Shown here piece by piece: positions 52,997 to 62,846 of a DNA stretch of 64,000 bases (the first letter of the stretch is position 1; every line of letters begins with the position of its first letter). A program made the position numbers and the translations under genes. The stretch is from Lachnospira sp. UBA2821 (lineage in GTDB: Bacteria; Bacillota; Clostridia; Lachnospirales; Lachnospiraceae), in assembly GCA_002351535.1 (NCBI GenBank), contig DEGR01000048.1:21214-85213 (forward strand). Reading direction: 5' to 3'. The notes below the pieces were generated by a model. The model saw only the letters and a list, made by a program, of their open reading frames with translations, searched no databases and had not been told where the DNA came from.

Positions 52997-54361
52997 TTAT
53001 TTTGCAGAAGCTGCTTCTGTTTTCCATAAATCCTTAGCTTTAGCTGCTGTGTCATCCCAAGACTGTGATTTCTCAGCATACTTAAGAAGTTCTTCATAGA
53101 ATCCTGATTTCCAGCTCTCTCCTGGGATTGTAGGGAATACCCATGATACTGTAGTTGTATCTGTATTAGCAAGATCATCAAGTCCCTGCTGTACAAGTGG
53201 ATTGTCAGGAGCTTCTCCACCTTCATAAGGTGAAACAAATCCTAAATCATCTTTAACGTGAGCTTTTCCTTTATCACTTGTGTATAACCAGTTGAAGAAG
53301 TCAAGTGATGCCTTCTGGTCTGCTTCTGAAGCTTTAGAGTTGATTGCAAGGAAGTTCTCTGTACCCATGCAAAGACCCTGTTTCTCTTCGCCTTCAACAC
53401 CTGTGTATATTGGCATGAAGTAAACGTCATCCTCTTTAACTTCATTTCCATCTACTCCGTCAATCTGTCCCCATCCCCATGTACCATTCTGAACGATAGC
53501 ACATTCTTTTAATGCGAACTCAGCCATAGCATCATCTACACTTCCGCTTGAAGCGTTCTCTCTATTAACTGTTGAGTAATCAAGATATAAATCAAATATG
53601 TTCTTGTAGTTCTCTGAATATGTGAAATCAATAGCATCTTTCTGTGTAACGCCATCTTTCTGATATTCATAGTAAAGTGGAACATTGAATAAGTGTGTTG
53701 TTAATCTCCAGAAACTTTCTGTATTAACAGCTGGCTCTGAGAACACACCTGAAATACCAAGATCATCTTTATGTTTGTCCATATCTTTAACTACTGCAGA
53801 TAATTTCTCGAAGTTATTGATATCTTCAATCTTCTTGCATCCTGTATCAGCAATTCCGTCTAATGCAAAGTAATCTTCAAAGATTGACTTGTTACAGATT
53901 AAACCATATGTCTCTGTTGCAAGAGGAATACCAAATACACCTTCATCTGTTGATACTACTCCTTCTTTATCAAGAAGAATGTTGTAAAGATCTGAGTCTG
54001 AAAGATCTGCACAATAATCTTTCCATGATTCATATCCAACAGGTCCGTTAATGATAAATGCTGTAGGAGCATCTGACTTAGCCATCTCTGTCTTAAGAGT
54101 TGACTCATACTGGTTATCAGCAGCTGTAACTACTTTACAAGCTACACCAGTCTCTTTTGTGTACTCTTTAGCAATCTTGTTAAACTCTTCCTCTGCCTCA
54201 GGTTTGAAGTTAAGGAAATAAACTGAACCTTTAGATGGATCTGCTTTAGCTCCATCATCTTTCTTGCTTGCTGATGAATCACTCTTAGAGTCTCCACATC
54301 CTGCAAGAGCTGTAGCTGCCATAGCTACACAAAGTGTTAAACTTAATAATTTCTTCTTCAT
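52997..54361 (-). CDS. Sugar (maltodextrin) ABC transporter substrate-binding lipoprotein
   Basis: Lipobox ALAGC; FLNFKPE; first gene of the ABC-malQ operon. Confidence 0.9.
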   Translation of the reverse strand: MKKKLLSLTLCVAMAATALAGCGDSKSDSSASKKDDGAKADPSKGSVYFLNFKPEAEEEFNKIAKEYTKETGVACKVVTAADNQYESTLKTEMAKSDAPTAFIINGPVGYESWKDYCADLSDSDLYNILLDKEGVVSTDEGVFGIPLATETYGLICNKSIFEDYFALDGIADTGCKKIEDINNFEKLSAVVKDMDKHKDDLGISGVFSEPAVNTESFWRLTTHLFNVPLYYEYQKDGVTQKDAIDFTYSENYKNIFDLYLDYSTVNRENASSGSVDDAMAEFALKECAIVQNGTWGWGQIDGVDGNEVKEDDVYFMPIYTGVEGEEKQGLCMGTENFLAINSKASEADQKASLDFFNWLYTSDKGKAHVKDDLGFVSPYEGGEAPDNPLVQQGLDDLANTDTTTVSWVFPTIPGESWKSGFYEELLKYAEKSQSWDDTAAKAKDLWKTEAASAK

Positions 54362-54416
54362 TAAATTCTACCTCTCCTTCTTTGATTTGAGTATTTTGTG
54401 GTCAACATGTTACATT

Positions 54417-54430
54417 CGGTAACGTTTCCA
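54417..54430. promoter_or_regulatory. LacI-family operator
   Basis: Near-palindrome cggtAACGTTtcca with central CG, just downstream of the operon promoter. Confidence 0.65.
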
Positions 54431-54444
54431 ATAACCATGAATAG

Positions 54445-54473
54445 ATATTATCACACTTAAACAATATTTGCAA
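54445..54473 (-). promoter_or_regulatory. SigA promoter of maltodextrin operon
   Basis: Minus strand TTGCAA-17 nt-TAATAT with TG extension. Confidence 0.6.
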
Positions 54474-54566
54474 CAAAAATATAAAAAATAATATCTTTTT
54501 TGTGTATTTTTACCTATTATTGTCATATTTATCCAATAACAATTACATTATTAGTTCTATTGCATC

Positions 54567-55364
54567 CTAATTATTGTTAATTTTTAACATATCAACAATT
54601 TCTCTATATTTTAATGCTCCGCCAAAAATATCTAATGCACTGCCTATTGTAAAATCTATTCTGCCGCTTCCATATTCTTTAATAATTTCTATGTCCTCCA
54701 TACCTCTTATTCCACCCGCATAAGTAACCGGTATAGTATAATTTTCACCAAGCATTTTCGTAAGCTGTTTTTCAACTCCGGAATTCTTTCCCTCGACATC
54801 CACTGCATGAATAAGAAATTCACTGCAATACTCTGACAATTCTTCCAGAATATCTTTAGTTACGGCTACATCGGTAAACTTCTGCCATCGGTCTGTTACT
54901 ATGTAATACTCTCCCTCCTTCTTTCTGCAGCTCAAATCAAGTACAAGATGTTCCCTGCCCGTAACGGAATATATTTTCTTAAGATTATCATAATCAATTC
55001 TTCCTCCGCTAAAAACATATGATGTCACTATAACATGAGAAGCACCTCTGTTAAGATAATATTCAGCATTGTCCGAATTTATTCCTCCGCCAATCTGCAT
55101 TCCTCCCTTAAAGGCATCAAGTGCTTCAAGCGCCTGTGCTTTGGTTGCTTCATAATAATCCGAATCTTTATGATTAAGCAGAATTATATGTCCCCCTGTA
55201 AGTCCATCGTTTTTATACATATCCGCATAATATGCTGCTCCATTTTCTGATACAAAATTTTCCTTTGCCTTGTCTCCTTTGTCAACTATAGTCGAACCTA
55301 CTACCTGTTTAACTTTTCCATTATGAATATCTATACATGGTCTGAATTTCATACTAATCTCCAT
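54567..55364 (-). CDS. hisA: ProFAR isomerase, His6/eukaryote-like type
   Basis: FRPCIDIHNGKVKQVVG, GGHIILL, QIGGGI, EFLIHAVDVEG. Confidence 0.9.
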   Translation of the reverse strand: MEISMKFRPCIDIHNGKVKQVVGSTIVDKGDKAKENFVSENGAAYYADMYKNDGLTGGHIILLNHKDSDYYEATKAQALEALDAFKGGMQIGGGINSDNAEYYLNRGASHVIVTSYVFSGGRIDYDNLKKIYSVTGREHLVLDLSCRKKEGEYYIVTDRWQKFTDVAVTKDILEELSEYCSEFLIHAVDVEGKNSGVEKQLTKMLGENYTIPVTYAGGIRGMEDIEIIKEYGSGRIDFTIGSALDIFGGALKYREIVDMLKINNN

Positions 55365-55429
55365 TTCTAAAAAACGGATTCACAGATAATTCCATGAACC
55401 CGTCTTCTACTATAATTACTTACTAACTG

Positions 55430-56737
55430 TTATGCATTTAATGCCTGCTCTATATCTGCAATTATATCATCTACATTTTCAATTCCAACTGACAACCTGA
55501 TAAGATCCGGCTGTACGCCTGCTTCTATAAGCTGTTCATCCGAAAGCTGTCTGTGTGTATGACTCGCAGGATGCAATACTGATGTTCTGGCATCCGCAAC
55601 GTGTGTTACTATAGCTGCCAGCTTTAAGTTATCCATGAACCTGATAGATACATCTCTTCCACCCTTAAGTCCGAATGATATAACACCACATGTTCCATTT
55701 GGCATATATTTCATGGCAAGCTCATGATATTTATTATCCGGAAGTCCCGAATAATTCACCCATGCCACTTTGTCATTCGAATTCAGATACTCTGCAACTT
55801 TCTGTGCGTTTTCACAATGTCTCTGCATCCTGAGATGTAATGTCTCAAGTCCCACATTAAGAAGGAATGCGTTCTGTGGTGACTGTATAGAACCCAAATC
55901 TCTCATAAGCTGTACAGTTGCTTTTGTTATGTAAGCAGCCTTTCCGAACTTCTTTGTATATATTATTCCATGATATGACTCATCAGGTGTTGTAAGTCCA
56001 TGGAACTTATCACCATATTTATCCCAATCGAAGTTACCTGAATCTACTATACATCCACCGACTGCCATCGCATGGCCATCCATATATTTTGTTGTTGAGT
56101 GGACTACTATATCTGCTCCCCACTCAAAAGGACGACAGTTAATAGGTGTAGCAAATGTATTATCAACAATAAGTGGTACTCCATTAGAATGTGCTATTCT
56201 CGCAAATTTTTCAATATCAAGTACTACAAGTGAAGGGTTTGAGACAGTCTCTGCAAACAGTGCCTTCGTGTTAGGTCTGAACGCCTTGCTTATCTCCTCT
56301 TCTGATGCATCCGGGTCTATAAATGTTACGTCTATTCCCTGTTTCTTCATAGTAACCCCGAACAGATTAAATGTTCCGCCATATATAGGTGCAGAACTCA
56401 CAATATGGTCTCCTGCTTCACATATGTTAAATATTGCATAATAGTTAGCAGCCTGTCCTGAAGATGTAAGCATTGCTGCCACGCCACCTTCAAGCTCTGC
56501 TATCTTTGCAGCCACCATATCATTTGTAGGATTCTGAAGTCTTGTATAAAAATATCCTTCTTCCTCTAAATCAAAAAGTTTTCCCATCTGGTCGCTTGTA
56601 TCATATTTGAATGTTGTACTCTGATATATAGGCAACACTCTCGGTTCACCTTTTTTAGGTGTCCAGCCTGCCTGAACGCACGCTGTTTCAATACTTCTTG
56701 TTCTTTTCATTATTTTCCCTCTTACTTTAAAACACAT
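55430..56737 (-). CDS. metY: O-acetylhomoserine aminocarboxypropyltransferase
   Basis: YFYTRLQNPT, DNTF, HSTTKYMDGH (PLP Lys), HPASHTH; likely start 56710. Confidence 0.9.
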   Translation of the reverse strand: MCFKVRGKIMKRTRSIETACVQAGWTPKKGEPRVLPIYQSTTFKYDTSDQMGKLFDLEEEGYFYTRLQNPTNDMVAAKIAELEGGVAAMLTSSGQAANYYAIFNICEAGDHIVSSAPIYGGTFNLFGVTMKKQGIDVTFIDPDASEEEISKAFRPNTKALFAETVSNPSLVVLDIEKFARIAHSNGVPLIVDNTFATPINCRPFEWGADIVVHSTTKYMDGHAMAVGGCIVDSGNFDWDKYGDKFHGLTTPDESYHGIIYTKKFGKAAYITKATVQLMRDLGSIQSPQNAFLLNVGLETLHLRMQRHCENAQKVAEYLNSNDKVAWVNYSGLPDNKYHELAMKYMPNGTCGVISFGLKGGRDVSIRFMDNLKLAAIVTHVADARTSVLHPASHTHRQLSDEQLIEAGVQPDLIRLSVGIENVDDIIADIEQALNA

Positions 56738-56759
56738 TTAAACTACTCAGCATTAATTT

Positions 56760-58862
56760 TTATTTTACGTCTTTTATGCTAAAACTTGTTCTTCCCATCT
56801 TATCTTTTCCAAGACATACAACTTTAACAACGTCTCCAAGAGTAAGAACATCTTCAACACGATTGATTCTTTCATTTGATATCTTAGATATGTGAACCAT
56901 TCCCTCTTTACCCGGAGCAAATTCGATGAAAGCACCAAATTCTTTTATGCTTACAACTTTTCCTTCGAAAATCATTCCTTCCTCAAAGTCTGTTGTAATC
57001 GTCTGTATCATTTTAACAGCAGATGCTATCATTGCCTTATCCTGTCCACAGACTGATACAGCTCCCTCATCTGTTATATCAATCTTAACGCCTGTCTGTT
57101 CAATTATTGCGTTAATCACTTTGCCTTTCTGTCCTACAACATCACCTATCTTTGAAGGGTCAATCTTTATCTGTACAATCTTAGGTGCAAATTCTCCAAC
57201 TTCTTTTCTTGGCTCACTTATACATGGAAGCATGACATCATTAAGAATTGTCATTCTTGCCTCGTATGTCTTCTGTATTGCCTCCTCAACGATTGGACGT
57301 GTAAGTCCATGAATCTTAATATCCATCTGGATAGCTGTAATACCATCAGGTGTTCCTGCTACCTTGAAATCCATATCTCCAAAGAAGTCTTCAAGTCCCT
57401 GAATATCTGTAAGCACAATGTAATCATCATCTGTATCACCTGTTACAAGTCCACATGAAATTCCTGCCACAGGTTTCTTAATTGGAACACCCGCAGCCAT
57501 CAGTGACATTGTAGACGCACAGATAGAAGCCTGTGATGTAGAACCATTTGACTCAAATGTCTCAGATACTGTTCTTATAGCATATGGGAATTCTTCCTCA
57601 CTCGGAATCACAGGAACAAGAGCTCTCTCTGCAAGAGCACCATGTCCTATTTCTCTACGTCCCGGTCCTCTTGAAACCTTTGTCTCTCCAACCGAATATG
57701 CAGGGAAATTATAGTGATGCATATATCTCTTGCTTACAACATTTTCATCAAGTCCGTCAATTCGCTGGATTTCTGATAATGGTGCAAGTGTTGTTATTGT
57801 ACATATCTGTGTCTGTCCCCTTGTAAACATAGCTGAACCATGTACTCTTGGAACTATGTCTGTCTCTGCTGCAAGCTTTCTGATTTCTGTAATTGCACGT
57901 CCATCAGGTCTCTTATGGTCTTTGAGAATCATTTTTCTTACAGTCTTTTTCTGATACTGATAAATAGCTTCTCCAAGAACTGCAAGCCATTCTTCATTAT
58001 CAGCAAATGCTTCCTCTAACTTTTCTGTAACATGCTTAATATTCTCTTCACGAACCTGCTTCACATCCGTAAACACAGCCTCTTCCATTTCTTCAGGAGG
58101 AACTAACTCCTTAATCTTTGCAAACATTTCTTCAGGAATAGCGCAGCTCTCATACTCAAACTTCTGCTTTCCGACTTCTGCAACGATTTTATCTATAAAC
58201 TGTATAATTGTCTGATTAACATCGTGACACTTGTAGATAGCTTCTATCATCTTATCATTAGGAATCTCATTTGCACCGGCTTCAATCATGATAACCTTTT
58301 CTCTTGTAGATGCTACCGTAAGCTTTAAATCTCCTTCATTCCACTGCTTCTGTGAAGGGTTAATGATAAATTCACCGTCAATAAGTCCCATCTGTGTCAT
58401 TGCACATGGTCCGTCAAATGGGATATCTGATATACATGTTGCAATAGCAGAACCTATCATTGCAACCAGCTCAGGACGACATTCAGGGTCTACTGACATT
58501 ACCATATTGTTAAGTGTTACATCATTTCTGAAATCTTTAGGGAATAACGGACGCATAGGTCTGTCTATAACTCTTGATGTAAGAACCGCGTTCTCCGAAG
58601 CTTTTCCCTCTCTTTTATTAAAACCACCCGGTATTTTACCTACTGAATAAAGTTTCTCCTCATATTCAACACTTAATGGGAAGAAATCAATTCCATCTCT
58701 TGGCTTATCTGATGCTGTTGCTGTTGATAATACTACTGTGTCTCCGTAATGCATAAATGCTGCACCGTTTGCCTGTGCTGAAACTCTGCCAACATCAACA
58801 CTAAGTGTTCTTCCGGCAAGTTCCATGGAAAATGTCTTAAACATACCTTTTCTCCTTTTCAA
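56760..58862 (-). CDS. pnp: Polyribonucleotide nucleotidyltransferase
   Basis: GKIPGGF, HGSAMFTRGQTQ, RREIGHG, GDMDFKVAG, KH and S1 domains. Confidence 0.98.
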   Translation of the reverse strand: MKRRKGMFKTFSMELAGRTLSVDVGRVSAQANGAAFMHYGDTVVLSTATASDKPRDGIDFFPLSVEYEEKLYSVGKIPGGFNKREGKASENAVLTSRVIDRPMRPLFPKDFRNDVTLNNMVMSVDPECRPELVAMIGSAIATCISDIPFDGPCAMTQMGLIDGEFIINPSQKQWNEGDLKLTVASTREKVIMIEAGANEIPNDKMIEAIYKCHDVNQTIIQFIDKIVAEVGKQKFEYESCAIPEEMFAKIKELVPPEEMEEAVFTDVKQVREENIKHVTEKLEEAFADNEEWLAVLGEAIYQYQKKTVRKMILKDHKRPDGRAITEIRKLAAETDIVPRVHGSAMFTRGQTQICTITTLAPLSEIQRIDGLDENVVSKRYMHHYNFPAYSVGETKVSRGPGRREIGHGALAERALVPVIPSEEEFPYAIRTVSETFESNGSTSQASICASTMSLMAAGVPIKKPVAGISCGLVTGDTDDDYIVLTDIQGLEDFFGDMDFKVAGTPDGITAIQMDIKIHGLTRPIVEEAIQKTYEARMTILNDVMLPCISEPRKEVGEFAPKIVQIKIDPSKIGDVVGQKGKVINAIIEQTGVKIDITDEGAVSVCGQDKAMIASAVKMIQTITTDFEEGMIFEGKVVSIKEFGAFIEFAPGKEGMVHISKISNERINRVEDVLTLGDVVKVVCLGKDKMGRTSFSIKDVK

Positions 58863-58902
58863 ATCAATATATTGTGTAGAGTTATTTTACTATCGCCATA
58901 AC

Positions 58903-58930
58903 AAAAAGGGGCAGAAATGTCCTGCCCCGT
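58903..58930 (-). terminator. rpsO terminator
   Basis: ggggcag/ctgcccc stem with minus-strand U-run. Confidence 0.75.
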
Positions 58931-58941
58931 TAATATCAAAA

Positions 58942-59208
58942 TTATTTTCTTAATCCTAATCTTTCGATTAACTTACGATATCCTTCAAGGTCTGTCTTCT
59001 TAAGGTAAGCAAGTAATCCTCTTCTCTGACCTACAAGCTTTAACATACCTCTTCTTGAGTGATGATCCTTCTGATGTACCTTTAAATGCTCTGTAAGTTC
59101 TCTGATTCTTTCTGTAAGAATAGCAATCTGTACCTCAGGTGAACCTGTATCTCCTTCTTTTCTTCCGTAAGCTTTGATAATCTCTGTTTTCTTTTCCTTT
59201 GAAATCAT
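58942..59208 (-). CDS. rpsO: 30S ribosomal protein S15
   Basis: [22 protein letters not shown]. Confidence 0.98.
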   Translation of the reverse strand: MISKEKKTEIIKAYGRKEGDTGSPEVQIAILTERIRELTEHLKVHQKDHHSRRGMLKLVGQRRGLLAYLKKTDLEGYRKLIERLGLRK

Positions 59209-59333
59209 GATAAATCCTCCTAATAAAAATTATTGCCTGATACTTCAGAATAAGGTTGGAGTATCCTAAGTCCGAGTATCGGTTAACTTGTCAAAACCTT
59301 GGCTATTGTAACACAATATCACGTCTTTGTCCA
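59209..59333 (-). promoter_or_regulatory. rpsO promoter and structured 5' leader (probable S15 autoregulatory site)
   Basis: TGGACA (59328-59333)-17 nt-TACAAT (59305-59310); leader has gatact/agtatc and ttagg/cctta pairings. Confidence 0.5.
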
Positions 59334-59341
59334 GCTATTTA

Positions 59342-60559
59342 TTAACCGGCAATTCTTACCGCACAGGTTGGTGTCATAAAGTATGCGTTTCCAACGCATA
59401 TTCCTGTCTTCTCGGTGCTGGCATGAATGATTCTTCCACCTCCGGCATAGATTGCCACGTGTCCGATTGAACCGCCATAGCTGTAGAATAATAAATCTCC
59501 GGGTTGTATATCTGATAAATCTACTCTTGTTCCGTTATTTGACTGTGCTGCTGACGTTCTGCTAAGTGAATATCCAAAGTGTTCAAATATTCTCATCGTA
59601 AATCCTGAGCAATCTGCTCCATTGGTAAGACTTGTACCACCCCATACATACGGATTGCCAAGAAACTGCTTTGCATATTCTACAATACCGGCACCGATAT
59701 CAGCCTGTGCCTCTTCGCTTTCCTGTACAAGCTGCTCAATTGTCACACCCTTAGGAAGTGCATCATGTACATTTACATAGTCAGCACATACATATCCTTC
59801 AGTTCCACTTAAATTAACATGAACCCATCCGTCAAGCACTTCAACTACTTCTAAATCTTCACCCATGGCTACTCTGTTAAGAATAGTACATTCTGTATTG
59901 GCCTGTTCCCTTACCATAAGTCTGTCACACATTACCGTTGCAACTTTCTGCTTAGCCTCTGCTGCTCTCTGGTTAGCCTGCTCTCCTACAAGAAGGAATT
60001 CTGCACTTACATATCCGCTTACATCCCCTGATGTAATCTTATACCAGCCGTCTAATGTCTCATTTATCTCACATCCGGCATTCATAGGAAGCTTTCCAAG
60101 TACCGCCGCATCTGTAGAAGGCTGCTCTCTTACATTAAGATAATTTTCAACATTTGCAACACCAAGATTAGTATATCCTTCTATCACTGATGCCGGCTGC
60201 TGTGCAGGCTGTACATCCTGTTCACTCTGTGCAGTCTCCTTCTGCTGCGTTTCATCTGACGTCTTCTCTTCATCAGGCGCAAGCTTGAGAATATTTTTAA
60301 TTCCTTCTACTGACGCAGGAGAATGAACTAATTCTGTATCATAATAATTATCAAATGCTAATGCAATACCTGCTGATTCCAATCCTGTATTCTTTATATT
60401 TTTGTTATCTTTATCTGATTTGTCAAGCTGCTGTAATGCTGCAATTATTCCTTCTGTTGCAAGCTTATCAGAAGCATTTGCCGCTGATACGCTAACAGGT
60501 GTTGCAGCTAACATACATGCCGTGCATAATGCAAATGTTGCACAAGTATATTTTTTCAT
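59342..60559 (-). CDS. Secreted NlpC/P60 peptidoglycan endopeptidase with two SH3b domains
   Basis: Signal peptide; LNVREQPS and LMVREQAN SH3b repeats; LGNPYVWGG, DCSGFT, GHVAIY, IHAS. Confidence 0.93.
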   Translation of the reverse strand: MKKYTCATFALCTACMLAATPVSVSAANASDKLATEGIIAALQQLDKSDKDNKNIKNTGLESAGIALAFDNYYDTELVHSPASVEGIKNILKLAPDEEKTSDETQQKETAQSEQDVQPAQQPASVIEGYTNLGVANVENYLNVREQPSTDAAVLGKLPMNAGCEINETLDGWYKITSGDVSGYVSAEFLLVGEQANQRAAEAKQKVATVMCDRLMVREQANTECTILNRVAMGEDLEVVEVLDGWVHVNLSGTEGYVCADYVNVHDALPKGVTIEQLVQESEEAQADIGAGIVEYAKQFLGNPYVWGGTSLTNGADCSGFTMRIFEHFGYSLSRTSAAQSNNGTRVDLSDIQPGDLLFYSYGGSIGHVAIYAGGGRIIHASTEKTGICVGNAYFMTPTCAVRIAG

Positions 60560-60630
60560 TGTAAACCTCGTTTCAAATTTTCCATATCGCTCTGTAAATG
60601 TTACAATTTTGTTACATTTATTACAGATTT

Positions 60631-60658
60631 ATTATAGCAATTAATTTCATATTGTCAA
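60631..60658 (-). promoter_or_regulatory. SigA promoter of NlpC/P60 gene
   Basis: Minus strand TTGACA-16 nt-TATAAT. Confidence 0.65.
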
Positions 60659-60679
60659 TATGCAAAATTCATTCAGGGT

Positions 60680-62674
60680 TTAATCAATTTTAAATTTACT
60701 GATTTCTCCGGTTATTTCAGATACAATATCTTTTAGTTCCCTGCCCGCAGATACAACTTTTTCACCATCTTTTGAAAATTCCTCAGATATCTTCATAACC
60801 TGTTCATATGTCTCACTTATTATCTGGGTGCTGGCTGTCTGCTCTTCAACACTGGCTGCCATATCTGTTATAACATTGCTTATATTCTCAATGGCATCAT
60901 TTACCGTATCCATAAGTGTGCTTATCTCAGTTACACTTCCATCAATCTGTTCAAATACATCTGACGTATTTGTAACATTGTCAACTCCCGCATTTACTTT
61001 GTCTATACTGAGCGAAGTCTTATCAGAAACAGTATTTATCATTTCATCCATGTTCTTTGTAACTGCTACTATATCAACCGCTGAATTTCCGCATTCCTCT
61101 GCCAGCTTTCTTATTTCCTCTGCCACAACTGCAAAACCTTTTCCTGCCTCACCCGCTCTTGCAGCCTCTATGGAAGCATTTAATGCAAGCAGATTTGTCT
61201 GGTCGGCTATTTCCTGTATAACCTGCACCATATGGTTTATTCCCTCAATCCCTTCTGCAACATTATTAACCGCCTCTTTAAGTTCCGATGAAACCTCTGA
61301 AATACTCCTCATAGTCTCATTCATATGTGTTACCTGTACTTTTCCGTTTTCTACCATCAAAACTGCACCGTGTATCTTATCTTTAACCTGTGACGATGCT
61401 TTAGTGGTATCGTACACATTCATTGTAAGCCCGTCTGTTCCCTGTGCAATTACATGAATGCCTTCGTTTAATTCTTCAAGCGTATGTGTCAGATTCTGCA
61501 CCGATACAAGCTGTGTGGCTGCTGATTCCTGCAAATGTGCTGCCACTTCCATATTTGTCTCAGACTGATTATCCATATGCTCCACGTCAGTTCTGATTTT
61601 CTTCATGGTATTTTTTAGTTTTTCATCCAGTTGATTCATATTCTTTCCTATATGCCCCAGTTCATCAGACGATTTAACTGAACATACCGTCGTAAGGTCA
61701 AGGTCTTTAATTCTGTTAATGGCATTATCAATTTTAGGAACCGGTTTCATCAATATCGTCAGCACTACAATAAGAACTATTACCTGGACAACTATTCCAA
61801 GTGCCATAGTTGCAAACGAAGCATCTTTTATTCCCGAAGCTCTTGTTGCAACATCTTTTTTAGGAACAACAATAACGGTAATAAAGTTTGTATCTGTTAT
61901 TTTATCAGCAGATATATAATAACTGCCGGCTTCCTTAACTTTATTGTAAGCCTTTTTACTTATAATATCCTTCACCGTATCAATAATAACGTTATTGATA
62001 TCATCTGTTGTCTTTCCGTTCCATTCTTTTTTCTCACGATTTCCCATTATCAATCCTGATGTCTCATCTATTGCAAATGCATAGCCTGAAACACCAATTT
62101 TCTGCTTTTCAAGTGCTTCATTAAGTGCTGTAAGCGGCATATCTGCTGATATAACACCTGTCACTTTACCTTCATCATCCTTAATATTTGCATAGATTGA
62201 TATTATGTATTCGCCACTGTCCGCATCAAGATAGCACTCACCGAAAGTTACCTCATCTGCCTCAAGTCCTTCCTTATACCATGGTCTTTCCTTCATAACC
62301 CAGTCATCATCCGGAGTCCACATCTTATCGATATAAGTACCATCCTCAAGTCCGCAATATATTCCATTCGGAATAATATCAAGATAGGCATCCGCAATAC
62401 CCATAATATAATTTTGAATGTCAGCAGTCGTCTTACACGATTTTTCTGCAGATGTCTGGATATTCTTAACCAGACCTATTACCTGGTTAAGTTCCGCATG
62501 CATCTGATTATTAACATTCTCCTGTGACAATTCAATCTCATTCATAAAATTTTGTTCTACAACACTTTTGGATTCTCCATAAGTGAATATAAATACAAGA
62601 AGATATGCCAGAATGATAAACGGTACCATTGTAAACATTATTTTATTCTTCAGGCTGTTCTTTATAAGCTTCAT
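60680..62674 (-). CDS. Methyl-accepting chemotaxis protein (dCache-HAMP-MCP)
   Basis: RPWYKEG Cache motif, [45 protein letters not shown]; start reassigned to MKLIK after GGAGG. Confidence 0.95.
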   Translation of the reverse strand: MKLIKNSLKNKIMFTMVPFIILAYLLVFIFTYGESKSVVEQNFMNEIELSQENVNNQMHAELNQVIGLVKNIQTSAEKSCKTTADIQNYIMGIADAYLDIIPNGIYCGLEDGTYIDKMWTPDDDWVMKERPWYKEGLEADEVTFGECYLDADSGEYIISIYANIKDDEGKVTGVISADMPLTALNEALEKQKIGVSGYAFAIDETSGLIMGNREKKEWNGKTTDDINNVIIDTVKDIISKKAYNKVKEAGSYYISADKITDTNFITVIVVPKKDVATRASGIKDASFATMALGIVVQVIVLIVVLTILMKPVPKIDNAINRIKDLDLTTVCSVKSSDELGHIGKNMNQLDEKLKNTMKKIRTDVEHMDNQSETNMEVAAHLQESAATQLVSVQNLTHTLEELNEGIHVIAQGTDGLTMNVYDTTKASSQVKDKIHGAVLMVENGKVQVTHMNETMRSISEVSSELKEAVNNVAEGIEGINHMVQVIQEIADQTNLLALNASIEAARAGEAGKGFAVVAEEIRKLAEECGNSAVDIVAVTKNMDEMINTVSDKTSLSIDKVNAGVDNVTNTSDVFEQIDGSVTEISTLMDTVNDAIENISNVITDMAASVEEQTASTQIISETYEQVMKISEEFSKDGEKVVSAGRELKDIVSEITGEISKFKID

Positions 62675-62756
62675 CTGTATTCCTCCTTCGTAGCATAAAT
62701 ACTTCTTATATTCTATCATTTTTATGTATAATTTTCCATAAAAAAATACACATATA

Positions 62757-62822
62757 AAAACTTCCCGCAGCAGCAAATAATATACTATTGGATATTATTA
62801 AAAATACGCTACGGGAAGTTTT
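62757..62822 (-). terminator. Large-loop terminator-like hairpin after the surface-protein gene
   Basis: aaaacttcccgcagc ... gctacgggaagtttt; the single mismatch is a G-U pair on the minus strand. Confidence 0.55.
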
Positions 62823-62846
62823 AATTATAAATAAATATTAATACTG

